Shown here: positions 48,349 to 57,973 of the stretch, piece by piece
Position numbering within the stretch: the first letter of the stretch is position 1
Layout: the number at the start of each line of letters is the position of its first letter
Source: an uncultured Acidobacteriaceae bacterium
GTDB lineage: Bacteria; Acidobacteriota; Terriglobia; Terriglobales; Acidobacteriaceae
Assembly: GCA_963730845.1 (NCBI GenBank)
Contig: CAVSTM010000003.1
Span: 30,713-94,712 of the forward strand
Length of the DNA stretch: 64,000 nt
Direction: 5' to 3'
Made by a program: the position numbers and the translations under genes
Notes under the pieces: model-generated
Seen by the model: the letters and a program-made list of their open reading frames with translations, nothing else
Database searches by the model: none
Told to the model about the DNA's origin: nothing

Positions 48349-49194
48349 TCACCAAATGTGGTAATAACCGTCGCGGCGCCCCAGCTCGACTTTAAGGCCG
48401 AATAGTTTGCTCAGGCTCTCGGCTTGCAGGACTTCTTCCTTGCGTCCGTCGGCCACGATCCGGCCGTTCGACATGAGCACTACTCGTTCGATCTCGGGAA
48501 CGATGTCGGGGAGTTCATGAGTGACGAGAATGATTCCAATCCCCGACTTGGCAAGGGAGCGCATCGTTTCTCGCAGGCTGCGCTGCGCCAGAATGTCCAA
48601 AGAATTGCAGGGTTCGTCGAACAGCAGAGCGCGGGGCTTGTGCACCAGCGCCCGGGCGATCAAGACACGCTTGGCTTCGCCCGATGACATTTCCTCGACG
48701 GCACGCTCCGCCAGATGCGAGACCCCGAGCTGGGCCAACGCGGCCTCGGCCAGTTCTCTCTGTTTGGGATCGACGGTGTGATTCGGGAAGATGCGGGTGC
48801 TACTGAAAAAGCCCGACAGCACTACGTCGAGGCCGCTGGCGCCACCAGTGCATGAAGACATCAGGTCGTTGGACACGATGCCGAGCAGCGAGCGCAGCTC
48901 AAAAATGTTCCAGCTCTTCTGGCCGAGAATGGTCATGCTCGACCGTTTGCGGACCATCGGATAACACTCGCGGGTGATGGTCTTGATCAGGGTGGACTTG
49001 CCGCAGCCGTTCGGCCCGAGCACGGCCACATGTTCGTCCACCCGGACGCGAAGGTTGAGGTCGTCGAGGACGATCTTGGGTCCGCTACCCAGGGTTCCGG
49101 TAGCCACGTCTCCGGCAGCCACGTCTCCGCGCATCACGCGGACGTTTCGCAGATCGAGCAATGGAGCCTGGGGGTGACGCGGATTCGAATTCAT
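48349..49194 (-). CDS. stand-alone ABC-type ATPase (YlmA/ModF-like)
   Basis: Walker A GPNGCGKST, signature SSGEAKR, Walker B LLFDEP. There is no permease gene adjacent. Start chosen at MNSNPRHP. Confidence 0.8.
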   Translation of the reverse strand: MNSNPRHPQAPLLDLRNVRVMRGDVAAGDVATGTLGSGPKIVLDDLNLRVRVDEHVAVLGPNGCGKSTLIKTITRECYPMVRKRSSMTILGQKSWNIFELRSLLGIVSNDLMSSCTGGASGLDVVLSGFFSSTRIFPNHTVDPKQRELAEAALAQLGVSHLAERAVEEMSSGEAKRVLIARALVHKPRALLFDEPCNSLDILAQRSLRETMRSLAKSGIGIILVTHELPDIVPEIERVVLMSNGRIVADGRKEEVLQAESLSKLFGLKVELGRRDGYYHIW

Positions 49195-49363
49195 CGGACT
49201 TTCACAAAATTGCAATATTCCTGCAATGTCTCGCGGATATCTTTATACCAGTTGCCCTTCTAACCGGGAGGGTTTATCAGGACGGCCTTGGGGGGCTCCG
49301 GGCTGTCCTTTTTAGTTTCTTGGACGGCCCTTTGGCGCTACTCCATTCGCGGCGCACAGAAGA

Positions 49364-49636
49364 TCACTTCAGGTACGAACGCACAATCTCAATGAGTTCG
49401 TCGGTCGCGAGAGCCTGCTCGGAATTCAGCTGCTTAGGGTTGACGACGTGAAAGCGGATGTGGCCTTCGAGCAATTCGGCCATCAATCCGTTCATGGCGC
49501 CACGCGCGGCCGTGATGAGCTGCAACACGTCGGAGCAATCCTCGTCCGCTTCCAGGGCGCGCTCGATGGCGGCAATTTGGCCTTTGATGCGTTTGATCCG
49601 GAGGATGAGCTTGGGTTTTTCTTCGACAGTATGCAT
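49364..49636 (-). CDS. CsoR/RcnR/FrmR-family (DUF156) metal- or aldehyde-sensing repressor, RcnR-like H-C-H-H fingerprint
   Basis: Start at MHTVEEKPKL. ...RIKGQIAAIERAL...DCSDVLQLITAARGAMNGLMAELLEGHIRFH, with His2, Cys34, His59 and His63. Confidence 0.85.
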   Translation of the reverse strand: MHTVEEKPKLILRIKRIKGQIAAIERALEADEDCSDVLQLITAARGAMNGLMAELLEGHIRFHVVNPKQLNSEQALATDELIEIVRSYLK

Positions 49637-49651
49637 TTTTTTCTTGACCGT

Positions 49652-49680
49652 AGTATACCCCCCTATGGTATACAAAACAA
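49652..49680 (-). promoter_or_regulatory. candidate sigma70-type promoter (TTGTTT-17-TATACT) with embedded G6 operator (ACCATA-GGGGGG-TATACT)
   Basis: Minus strand reads cTTGTTTtgtataccataGGGGGGTATACTacggtcaagaaaaaaATG. A G/C tract flanked by AT-rich inverted repeats is the type-1 CsoR/RcnR-family operator layout. Confidence 0.55.
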
Positions 49681-50049
49681 GATAAGCACGGAAGCCCCAA
49701 TTTGCTCCGTGACAATTTAGACGAGGTATATGAGAAACACAATCAACGAGCCTGCGAGTCGGCGGCCCGCTGGATGGAAGCGGTAGACGTGAGACGATAG
49801 CTGTTGGCACTTTCCCTGTCGGTTCACCTCTGCTTCTTCTATCCCCGAAAAACTGAGACCAGAACGCGGCCACGCCGGCTCACTCACGAGCCGGCGATCG
49901 CGCAACATTAACTATGGTTAATGTTGTGTGATATGCTGGCGTTAATCATCGGCGCGACGTATGGGTCGCGCTTAAAAGATCTGTTCGCTTGCAATGCGGC
50001 GCGAGGTCAAATTTGCGAGGCTGAATTTTGCGGAAAGGAGGAAAAGGAA

Positions 50050-50253
50050 ATGAGCTGCATGACTGCGTTCGCGGAAGCGATGGCGATGCCGACGATGCAG
50101 CTCACGCGTGCGATCCAATACGAAGACGCCGGTTTCCGACAATTGGAAGGCATCGTAGAACGCAAATCTCCGCGTATGAGCTGGGTCGTGGTCACCGGCA
50201 ACGACGGCGGGCGGCAACTCCGAATTCAATGGAAAGCAGGAGTGGAGGACTGA
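50050..50253 (+). CDS. small hypothetical protein (67 aa)
   Basis: Strong SD (GGAAAGGAGGAAAAGGAA-ATG). No recognisable family. Confidence 0.4.
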   Translation: MSCMTAFAEAMAMPTMQLTRAIQYEDAGFRQLEGIVERKSPRMSWVVVTGNDGGRQLRIQWKAGVED

Positions 50254-50442
50254 CGCTCGACTCAGACCGCAACTGTAACGTTCTTTTAACCGACTAAGCG
50301 CATACTGCTGAAAAGTACGCGCCAGCGCGATTGTAATCACAACCAGGGGTGACTGGAAGCGCTGCCGGAAGCGACAGCCGGTCGATAGTTTGATCTCATG
50401 ATATTGAAATTGAAATTCATTTTCATTATGGACTGTTTCATT

Positions 50443-51930
50443 ATGAACCGCCGGGCCGGCCGGTGGCGCGGCGCCGAGCTGGCCCTGACGCTCGCTTTCG
50501 TGTTGGTCGCCGCTGCTGCTGGCGCCTGGGCGCAGTCGCAAGGCGCCTCGGCTTCCACTCCAACCGCGACTCCAACCGCCGCTCCCGCCTCTCTGGACGC
50601 GGGAGATCCGTCCGAGCCCGCCCAGCGATGCCGATGCCGATCCCGAATCGATGTTCCCGCATTTCAAGAGCACGCGCTTCTGGCTCTACGGGACAGACGA
50701 ACTTCATCTTTCAGACTCATCCCGACTTTCACGCCGACTACAGCGGGCCCCACAGCCTCAGTCCGGACTATGACAAAGCCACCTCGCGAGTGATGACGCT
50801 CTACACCGGCGCTCGGCTCAACAATTCCACCGAGTTTCTGGTGGACATCGAAGAGGCGGGCGGCGCGGCGCTTAGCACCGGGCTTAGGCCTTGCCGGGAA
50901 TACGGATCTGGACATCGTGCGCAACCCGCTGTTGAGCAAGGCGCCGTATTTGGCGCAGGGCATGATCCACAAGGTTTTCGCGTTGAGCAAGGACAAGATT
51001 GAAAATCAGCGCAGTTTTCTATCACTTTTCGACGAATTGCCGCGGCGGCGCTTGGAAATTCGGTTTGGCAAGTTCACCCTGCCGGACTTCTTTGACGTGA
51101 ATTCGGTAGGCTCCGATACGCATCTTCAATTCTGCAACTGGTCGGTGGACCAAAACGGCGCGTGGGACTATGCCGCCGATACGCGCGGCTACACCGTGGG
51201 CGTGGTGGCGGACTACGAGGACCGCAACTGGGGTTTCCGCTTCGCCGAAGCGCTCATGCCGCTGGTCGCGAATGGAATTGACCTGGTGTGGCGGCCGTGG
51301 CAGGTCCATGCGGAGAATTGGGAATACGAGCTGCGTCGTGGCGTCATTCCGAAAAAAGCTGGCGTCGTGCGGCTGCTGGCGTACACGAACTACGCCAACA
51401 TGGGCATCTACCGGATTGCGAATCAGCAGTTTCTAGATCATTCGTCCCTGGTGCCGGAGACGGTCCCGGAAATCACCAACCACCCGTGGCACGTCACGCG
51501 CAAGTATGGCTTCGGCGTCAACCTGGAGCAGAATCTCGCGCGCTACGTCACGGCCTATGCCCGCTGGGGATGGGACAACGGAAAAACCGAGTCCTTTGCC
51601 TACACCGAGATTGATTCGACGTTCAACCAGGGAGTCGGGGTAAATGGCGCCCTGTGGCATCGCAAGCAAGACCGGGCCGGCATTGCCTTCGTGTCGAACG
51701 GGATCAAGAAAGATCATCAGGTATACCTCGCCGATGGTGGGTTGGGATTCCTTCTGGGCGATGGAGGACTGAACTACGGGCGGGAGAACATCGTCGAATC
51801 TTATTACACGGCACACGTTTGGCGTGGAATTTATATCGCCCCGGGAGTGCAGCATATCAATAATCCGGGCTACAACCGCGACCGCGGACCGGTCGTGGTG
51901 CCGACGTTCCGCGCGCATGTGGAATTCTAA
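50443..51930 (+). pseudogene. OprB-family carbohydrate-selective porin with three apparent frameshifts
   Basis: MNRRAGRW...AAGAWAQ signal...DPSEPA | SDADADPESMFPHFKSTRFWLYG | QTNFIFQTHPDFHADYSGPHSL...AALSTGL | GLAGNTDLDIVRNPLLSKAPYLAQ...FRAHVEF*. Breaks at ~50628, ~50692 and ~50886. Confidence 0.7.
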
Positions 51931-52056
51931 GGCGCGATTCTTCGTTCCTGGATCTAGTTCCCAGTCAAATGCAAAACCTTCTCCACAGCGGGCACTGAGG
52001 AACACAGGGGAGAACGGGGGCGCTCTTGATGGCTCGAATCTTTAGATTTAGATGGG

Positions 52057-53004
52057 TTAGCTGTTGCGCGTGATCCCGGCCTCTTGTTTTTGGGGCATGT
52101 GCAGCGCCCAGGCCATGCGCGGGGTGTTGTGGGCGATTCCGAAACGGCCCTGGACATCGAGCAGAATGATTCCACCGTGGCCGTTGACGCGCTGCTTTAA
52201 GTAGTTCATCGCTTCCTTCGCGACCCACTCGGGCAAACTGCCGGATTCGACACGATCCGCTGCCCACTTCGCGAGCACCAGCTTCATGATCGGTTCGCCC
52301 CATCCGGTGGTGGAAGCGGCGGCGCTAAGATTATCGGCATAGCAGCCGCAGCCGATGAGCGACGAGTCACCGAGGCGTCCGGGAGCTTTGTTGAGCGTGC
52401 CACCGGTAGAGGTCGAAGCGGCGATATTGCCATCGCGGTCGAGCGCCACGGCTCCCACCGTGTCGTGAGAAAGTATGTCGTCCGAAATTTCGGACCCGAA
52501 CAGATCGTTGCCGTGGGTTGACTCCTGCGCCTGGTACTCGCGCAAGCGCTCGACCTCCCGGGGAATGACGAGATCTTCGTTGCGGCAGAGGGGGATGCCG
52601 TGCTCGGCGGCAAAGCGCTCGGCGCCCTCGGCGACGAAATAGACGTGCGGGCTGTCGCTAAGAATTTTGCGAGCGGCGCGCACAGGATTTCGCAGACGCT
52701 CGACGCAGCCGACGCCGCCGCCGCGCAAGGTCGTGCCGTCCATGATGAAAGCGTCGAGTTGCACCTTGCCGTCGCGGTTCAGGAAACTGCCGCGGCCGGC
52801 GTCGAAGGTTTCGTCGTCTTCGAGAACGACGACGGTTTCTTCGACCGCGTCGAGAGCCGAGCCGCCGCGTTCAAGCACGCGCCAGCCCGCGGCGCAAGCG
52901 TTGCGCACACCGTTGAGGTGCGCTTCGACCATGTCGTCGGGAATGGCCCAGGCGCCGCCGTGTACAACCAGAACGGGATTTGAAGGCACTTGCAGACCCC
53001 TCAC
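52057..53004 (-). CDS. isoaspartyl peptidase/L-asparaginase (Ntn hydrolase)
   Basis: VVHGGAW..., DAGRGS..., autoprocessing site HDTVGAVALD, ...GDSSLIGCGCYAD. Confidence 0.88.
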   Translation of the reverse strand: MRGLQVPSNPVLVVHGGAWAIPDDMVEAHLNGVRNACAAGWRVLERGGSALDAVEETVVVLEDDETFDAGRGSFLNRDGKVQLDAFIMDGTTLRGGGVGCVERLRNPVRAARKILSDSPHVYFVAEGAERFAAEHGIPLCRNEDLVIPREVERLREYQAQESTHGNDLFGSEISDDILSHDTVGAVALDRDGNIAASTSTGGTLNKAPGRLGDSSLIGCGCYADNLSAAASTTGWGEPIMKLVLAKWAADRVESGSLPEWVAKEAMNYLKQRVNGHGGIILLDVQGRFGIAHNTPRMAWALHMPQKQEAGITRNS

Positions 53005-53197
53005 AGGATTTTGGGCGGTTTCCAGTCTAGCACCCGAAGTTCGACCGATGCCTTAGTAGGATGCTTCGTTGCGCATCCGCTGGCGGATATGCATGTGAGA
53101 GATTTCTGATCTATTCTGGCCGTGAACCGCGTAGCCTGAAATTTGCGGAGAGTTCCACCGAAGACTTCTTACCTGCGTCCCGCGTAACATTTCTGGA

Positions 53198-53575
53198 CTA
53201 CGGAACGTCAACCTCCAAAACCACCTTCGCGCCCAACTCCTTGTATTCCGTGCTTACCACGGAGACGGTAATGGTGTGCTTCCCAGTCGTTAGACCGCGA
53301 AACATGACCCGCGTGTCGGCAGTCGCCAAAACCAGAGCCTGATCCACCTGGTACTCCAAAATCCCCATATCGCTTCCTCCGTAGGAGGAAGCGTCCAAGC
53401 TCACCAAGGCAATATTTCGGGTATCAACTTCCACCACGGCAGCGTGTTTTTGTGCGTTCTTGTCCTTGTCTCTGAAAGTGGCGCGCAGCGTCGGATGATC
53501 TTGTTCCCCTTGCCAAACTCGCTCCTGAGCCGCCATCGCACCCGTCAGAACAACGCACAGTGTCAGAGCAAACAC
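53198..53575 (-). CDS. small secreted hypothetical protein
   Basis: Hydrophobic N-terminus (FALTLCVVLTGAMAAQ). Start uncertain: the GTG has no nearby SD. Confidence 0.45.
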   Translation of the reverse strand: MFALTLCVVLTGAMAAQERVWQGEQDHPTLRATFRDKDKNAQKHAAVVEVDTRNIALVSLDASSYGGSDMGILEYQVDQALVLATADTRVMFRGLTTGKHTITVSVVSTEYKELGAKVVLEVDVP

Positions 53576-53812
53576 AGATTGTTTCCACCAACCTACGTAA
53601 ATAGCGGACCTCCTGTGTCGCAGACTACTTCGGGCATCGGCTTCATTATATCGTAATACGATATATTAGATGCAAGGGCAGGCCATGACTGTTGCCGCGC
53701 ACGCTCGGTCGAACTCCGCAAACTACCTCAACCGCTCGCAGTCATGCCTGAAAGGCACGAGGCTGGAGTGGACGACGGCTGCAGATCGTAGCTCATTGCT
53801 GTGTGACAGGCT

Positions 53813-54454
53813 TTATGCGGCGCGCGCGGGAGCATCCATTTCGGTGGTCCGCTGCCAGGTATAGAGGACGCGGTGGATGACGGTGACGGTCGAAAGCACG
53901 GCGATAACCCAGAGCACCGGGGCCATCACATTGAACAGAGCGCCGATGATCAGCAGCACCAGACGTTCAGGGCGTTCCATGAAGCCGACGCGGCAGGTGC
54001 CAATGAGCGACTCGGCGCGGGCGCGCGCATAGCTCACCATGATGGCGCTGATCATGGCCAGCGCGGCCAGCACGACGTAGAAGAATCGATTGCCGCGGCC
54101 GTAAAAAACCAGCAATCCCAGGAAAAGCGACGCATCGCTATATCGGTCGACGATGGAATCGAAGAAGCCTCCGAAGCGGGTCACTTGGTTCGAGAGGCGA
54201 GCGACGCGGCCATCCACCAAGTCGAAGAACCCCGATCCGATGATGACGAGGCCAGCGTAGAAAAACATGCGGCGCTGGTTGTCGCCGTTGGCATATCCGA
54301 ACAAGAACGCGGCGTAGCTGTTGACCACGAGTCCCATTAGGGTCAGGACGTTGGGATTGATGCGCGAGAGAGCGAGAAGGTGCACGATGGCGTCGAGCAT
54401 AACCCCGCAGGCGCGTCCGAATCCGCTGGTCCAACTCATGTAGCGTCCCGTCAT
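53813..54454 (-). CDS. CDP-alcohol phosphatidyltransferase family protein
   Basis: DLVDGRVARLSNQVTRFGGFFDSIVDRYSD matches D(x)2DG(x)2AR...G(x)3D(x)3D. Confidence 0.85.
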   Translation of the reverse strand: MTGRYMSWTSGFGRACGVMLDAIVHLLALSRINPNVLTLMGLVVNSYAAFLFGYANGDNQRRMFFYAGLVIIGSGFFDLVDGRVARLSNQVTRFGGFFDSIVDRYSDASLFLGLLVFYGRGNRFFYVVLAALAMISAIMVSYARARAESLIGTCRVGFMERPERLVLLIIGALFNVMAPVLWVIAVLSTVTVIHRVLYTWQRTTEMDAPARAA

Positions 54455-54494
54455 GTGGCGCTCCTGACCGTAGTGCCGCTCACGAGGTTGCAGC

Positions 54495-55016
54495 TCATTC
54501 CGTTTCCGGTTCCGGTAGCGCGGCCAGTTCCGCTTCCAGCTTGGCTTCGGCGAGATCGTGCATGGTCGAGAGCTTCAGGATTTCCATTTCGCGGCTTCCG
54601 CCCGGCGTAACGACCGTTGCGGTGTCCCCAACTTTCTTATTCAGCAGGGCACGCCCGATCGGCGAAGTAGTCGAGATTTTGCCGGCGGTGACGTCCGACT
54701 CTTCGCTGGTCACCAGTTGGTATTCCATTTCTTCATTCTTGGTGCCGTCGAAGATGGTCACGGTCGAGCCCAGGCCAACTTTATCCCTGGGGATATTGTT
54801 CATGTTGATCAGCGACAGGTCGGCCAGACGTTTGCCCAGTTGGCGAACACGCGCCTTCAGGTATTCCTGCCGCTGCTTGGCCATGTGATACTCAGCGTTC
54901 TCGCTGAGGTCGCCCATGGCGACGGCCTTCTTGAGCTCTCTGGGGATATCGTGGGCCAGCTCATACTCGAGCGTGTTCAGTTCGTCCCGCAGCTTCTTTT
55001 TGATCTGTTCTGTCAT
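54495..55016 (-). CDS. greA: transcription elongation factor GreA
   Basis: ...AVAMGDLSENAEYHMAKQRQ... and ...ISTTSPIGRALLNKKVGD... Confidence 0.92.
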   Translation of the reverse strand: MTEQIKKKLRDELNTLEYELAHDIPRELKKAVAMGDLSENAEYHMAKQRQEYLKARVRQLGKRLADLSLINMNNIPRDKVGLGSTVTIFDGTKNEEMEYQLVTSEESDVTAGKISTTSPIGRALLNKKVGDTATVVTPGGSREMEILKLSTMHDLAEAKLEAELAALPEPETE

Positions 55017-55268
55017 TGCCTAGGGCATTATAACTCTCGGCCGCGGGTACTGGCACAGTGGCTCGAATTCGCTCGCCAACCAGGCGATCCAACCCACTCA
55101 GGCCCAACCCTATCAACCGAAATGACTTAAGCTGGGGCTGGCTGAGATCGTGAGGGTCAATGTCCGCTTCGACCGCCGGCGTCGCCGCGTCGCCGGTTCT
55201 TCATTGCCTTCGGAGCAGCGCTCGGCTAGACTAAAGACAGTTCTCTTCCCTCGGGCGAGGGCCCCTCC

Positions 55269-55802
55269 ATGAACGGTAACGGCGTTTTCCACATAGGCGA
55301 TAAGGTCGTTTACCCCAACCACGGCGTCGGAATTATTGAACAAATCAGCAGCCGGACCATGGGTGCAACGGTCGAGAAGTTCTATCTGTTGAAAATCGCA
55401 GCCAGCAGTTTAAAGGTGATGGTGCCATTCGCCAACGTGGACAGCGTGGGGATGCGTCCGGTGGTGCGCAACGGTGAGGTGCAGAAGATCGTCGATTACC
55501 TCTCCTCGGGCGAGTGCATTAACGCGGCGGACTGGAAAGACAGGTTCAAGGAGAATTCCGATCGCATGCGCACCGGGTCACTCACGGAAGTGGCCGCGGT
55601 GCTGAAAAGCCTGCTGATCCTCGCACAGGATAAATCGCTTTCCTTCCGTGAAAAAAAGATGCTGGAGCGTGCCCGGTATTTACTGGTCAGCGAAATAGCC
55701 ATCTCAAGAAACTGCGACGAAAGTCTGATTGAGCAGGCGCTCACCAAGGCTCTGACGAAGTGCAATCTCCGCTTCCCGGAAATTTCCGAACTAGCCTCTT
55801 AA
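55269..55802 (+). CDS. carD: CarD/CdnL-family RNA polymerase-binding regulator
   Basis: FHIGDKVVYPNHGVGIIEQI...EKFYLLKI...MVPFANV... Confidence 0.88.
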   Translation: MNGNGVFHIGDKVVYPNHGVGIIEQISSRTMGATVEKFYLLKIAASSLKVMVPFANVDSVGMRPVVRNGEVQKIVDYLSSGECINAADWKDRFKENSDRMRTGSLTEVAAVLKSLLILAQDKSLSFREKKMLERARYLLVSEIAISRNCDESLIEQALTKALTKCNLRFPEISELAS

Positions 55803-55826
55803 ACGCTCGGCGTGCCCCTGATTCCC

Positions 55827-55899
55827 GTAGAGACGCGGCTTTCCGCGTCTCCCACCGCGTCCACAATCCATAAAAGACGGGGCAAGCCCCGTTGCTACA
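55827..55899. repeat. family A double-hairpin element
   Basis: GTAGAGACGCGGCTTTCCGCGTCTCC ... AGACGGGGCAAGCCCCGTTGCTAC. Confidence 0.8.
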
Positions 55900-55909
55900 G
55901 GAAAGTCAG

Positions 55910-56353
55910 TCAACGGGCGGAGCGGGCTTCCATCCAGGATTGAAGAATTAGCATAGCGGCCATCCGGTCGACCGCCTGGCCCCTCTTCTTGATCGAAAGA
56001 TCGGTTTCGCGGAGAAGGCGGTTGGCTTCGGTCGAGGTCCAACGCTCGTCCCATAAATGGACGGTCAAGCCGAAGTGAGCGCGCAGGTCGTCGGCGAAAC
56101 GGCGCATCTTTTCCGATTGCGTTCCTTCCGCCCCGCTTAAACGCAGGGGCAGCCCGACCACAATTTCCCGGACTTCGTATTTCGCCAGCACCTGTCCCAG
56201 GGCCTCCAGATCACGGCGCTTGTTCTGTCGCTGGATCGTATCCAAACCCTGAGCGGTGATGCCGAGCGGGTCAGAGACAGCGACTCCGATCCTTTTCGAG
56301 CCGACATCGAGGGCCATGATGCGGCTATGGCCAGGGGTCCCAGGTGCGTCCAT
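55910..56353 (-). CDS. ruvX: Holliday junction resolvase-like RuvX (YqgF)
   Basis: IMALDVGSKRIGVAVSD...VVGLPL...DERWTS. The start could instead be the internal ATG at 56317. Confidence 0.88.
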   Translation of the reverse strand: MDAPGTPGHSRIMALDVGSKRIGVAVSDPLGITAQGLDTIQRQNKRRDLEALGQVLAKYEVREIVVGLPLRLSGAEGTQSEKMRRFADDLRAHFGLTVHLWDERWTSTEANRLLRETDLSIKKRGQAVDRMAAMLILQSWMEARSAR

Positions 56354-56399
56354 CCGCTAATTGTAGATGGCAATGGTTCCAGAATCACTTTGGCTGATC

Positions 56400-56516
56400 C
56401 ATGGTTCGCCTGTGAACTTCAGTGGTTCCCCTGTGAACCTCAGTGTCCACTGTGGTTTTCGGCTTTTTCTCAATCAACCACAGGGAACACAGGGCCTCAC
56501 GGGGAAAATCAGCGGA
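56400..56516. repeat. family D repeat cluster (CCTGTGAACYTCAGTG x2, CCACTGTGGTT...AACCACAGGGAACACAGGG)
   Basis: Direct and inverted copies are visible. Related to 19196..19282. Confidence 0.7.
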
Positions 56517-56613
56517 AAACCTCTCCAGTCTGTAATTCCAGTCGTGCAATTCTCGCGGCGGTGAGGCAGAATTGTGGGCCAGTCGCGATGCGGAGGTTAG
56601 CAACCGCACAGTT

Positions 56614-57657
56614 ATGGAGACTACCGAAACGCGAAACGGGTATCACTGGTCGCTGACGCTGCTGGGCATGGCCCTTATTGTTATGTTCGCGTACTACGGC
56701 GAATCGGTGCTAGCGGTGTTGTTCTTTGCCATTCTGCTGAGCTTTATGCTCTCTCCTGTGGTGCAGGCGCTTGAGTATTTGCACCTTCCCAGAGCCACGG
56801 CGGCGCTGATCAGCATGGTCGTGCTGCTGGCGCTGCTCTATGGCGTCACCGTCGCGTCGTACAACCAAGCCATCATTTTCGCCGACAGCGTTCCGAAGTA
56901 TTCGCAGAAGATCCGCTCCGTGCTGGAGCCCTTCCAGCAGGACGCGGAACGCATCGAGAAGACAGGCGAGGTGGTTGGCGAGCCTGAGCCCTCGAATGTA
57001 GTGCCGGTGCGGCAGGTGACGAGTTGGTCCGAGGTGCTCACGCATGGAGCCGGCACTTTGACCGACATCCTGCTGGCGGCGTCGTTCGTCCCGTTTCTGG
57101 CCTATTTTCTGCTGACCTGGCAAAGCCACGCGCGTTCAGCCACGGTGATGCTGTTTCCTTTGCATCACAGGAACACGGCGTTCGTGACGCTGGGGCTGAT
57201 TGGAAAAATGCTGCAGAGCTTTATTGTGGGAAACCTGCTGATCGGGCTGCTGATTTCAGCTGTGAGCGTGGCGATCTTCGGGTTGCTGCACGTTCCGTTT
57301 TTCTACTTCGTCGGCTTTCTCAGCGGCTTTCTGAGTCTGGTTCCGTACCTCGGAATTGTGCTGGCGATGGTGCCCCCGATCCTGGTCGGCCTGGGACAAC
57401 TGGAGGCCGGGAGCCTGGTGGTGGTGGCGTTTTGCGTGATCGGGCTGCATCTTTTCGCTCTGAATGTTCTCTATCCGAAGCTGCTGGGGAGTCGGCTGAG
57501 GATCAATCCGCTGGCGGTCACCATCGCGCTGCTGTTCTGGGGAGCGGTCTGGGGCGCGGTCGGGTTGGTGCTCGCCATCCCGATCACGGGCGCGATCAAG
57601 ATTGTCTTTGACCACGTTGAATCAATGAAGCCCTATGCGGATTGGCTGGGGGAATAG
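56614..57657 (+). CDS. AI-2E family transporter (PerM/YhhT-like)
   Basis: Start at METTETRNG. About 8 TM helices and a family-typical C-terminus (...LAIPITGAIKIVFDH). Confidence 0.8.
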   Translation: METTETRNGYHWSLTLLGMALIVMFAYYGESVLAVLFFAILLSFMLSPVVQALEYLHLPRATAALISMVVLLALLYGVTVASYNQAIIFADSVPKYSQKIRSVLEPFQQDAERIEKTGEVVGEPEPSNVVPVRQVTSWSEVLTHGAGTLTDILLAASFVPFLAYFLLTWQSHARSATVMLFPLHHRNTAFVTLGLIGKMLQSFIVGNLLIGLLISAVSVAIFGLLHVPFFYFVGFLSGFLSLVPYLGIVLAMVPPILVGLGQLEAGSLVVVAFCVIGLHLFALNVLYPKLLGSRLRINPLAVTIALLFWGAVWGAVGLVLAIPITGAIKIVFDHVESMKPYADWLGE

Positions 57658-57677
57658 GAAAACGCGGTGAGAAATCG

Positions 57678-57719
57678 AAAGCCCGGCCAGATCAGCCGGG
57701 CTTCCGGTTTTCGTTGTTT
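57678..57719 (+). terminator. intrinsic terminator (possibly bidirectional)
   Basis: AAAGCCCGGC-cagatca-GCCGGGCTT followed by CCGGTTTTCGTTGTTT. It lies between convergent genes. Confidence 0.7.
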
Positions 57720-57733
57720 GGGGCTCGCCCACG

Positions 57734-57973
57734 TTAGGCGGCCGCGGATCTCTTGGTGCGTCCCTCCGAGGTCACAGGCTGCGCTACCTTGCGCACCAGG
57801 AAGGGCTGAAGATTCGGCTCACTGCCAGCCCACTCGATGCTGCTGATTGAGTGTCCGGGTTGGCAGGTAACGAAATAGCGTTCTCCAGTCGGGCTGGTTA
57901 CTTCAAACTTGCCTTGCTCGCCCTGTAGAGCCTCGGCAACGTCATAGGTCGTGATGCTATCGTTCAACTTCAT
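57734..57973 (-). CDS. small hypothetical protein (79 aa)
   Basis: Strong SD (GAAGGAGGTCCCC-ATG). No recognisable family. Confidence 0.55.
   Translation of the reverse strand: MKLNDSITTYDVAEALQGEQGKFEVTSPTGERYFVTCQPGHSISSIEWAGSEPNLQPFLVRKVAQPVTSEGRTKRSAAA

Noticed and set aside
49095-49135. 12-nt tandem duplication (GCCACGTCTCCG x2) encoding GDVAAGDVATG in the ABC ATPase N-terminus
   Set aside because: It is a small in-frame duplication in a non-conserved N-terminal extension. It is probably neutral slippage and not a functional repeat.
7821-55899. CRISPR array formed by the recurring GC-rich palindromes
   Set aside because: The copies are kilobases apart, in both orientations, and separated by ordinary genes. 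There is no regular repeat-spacer periodicity and no cas genes.
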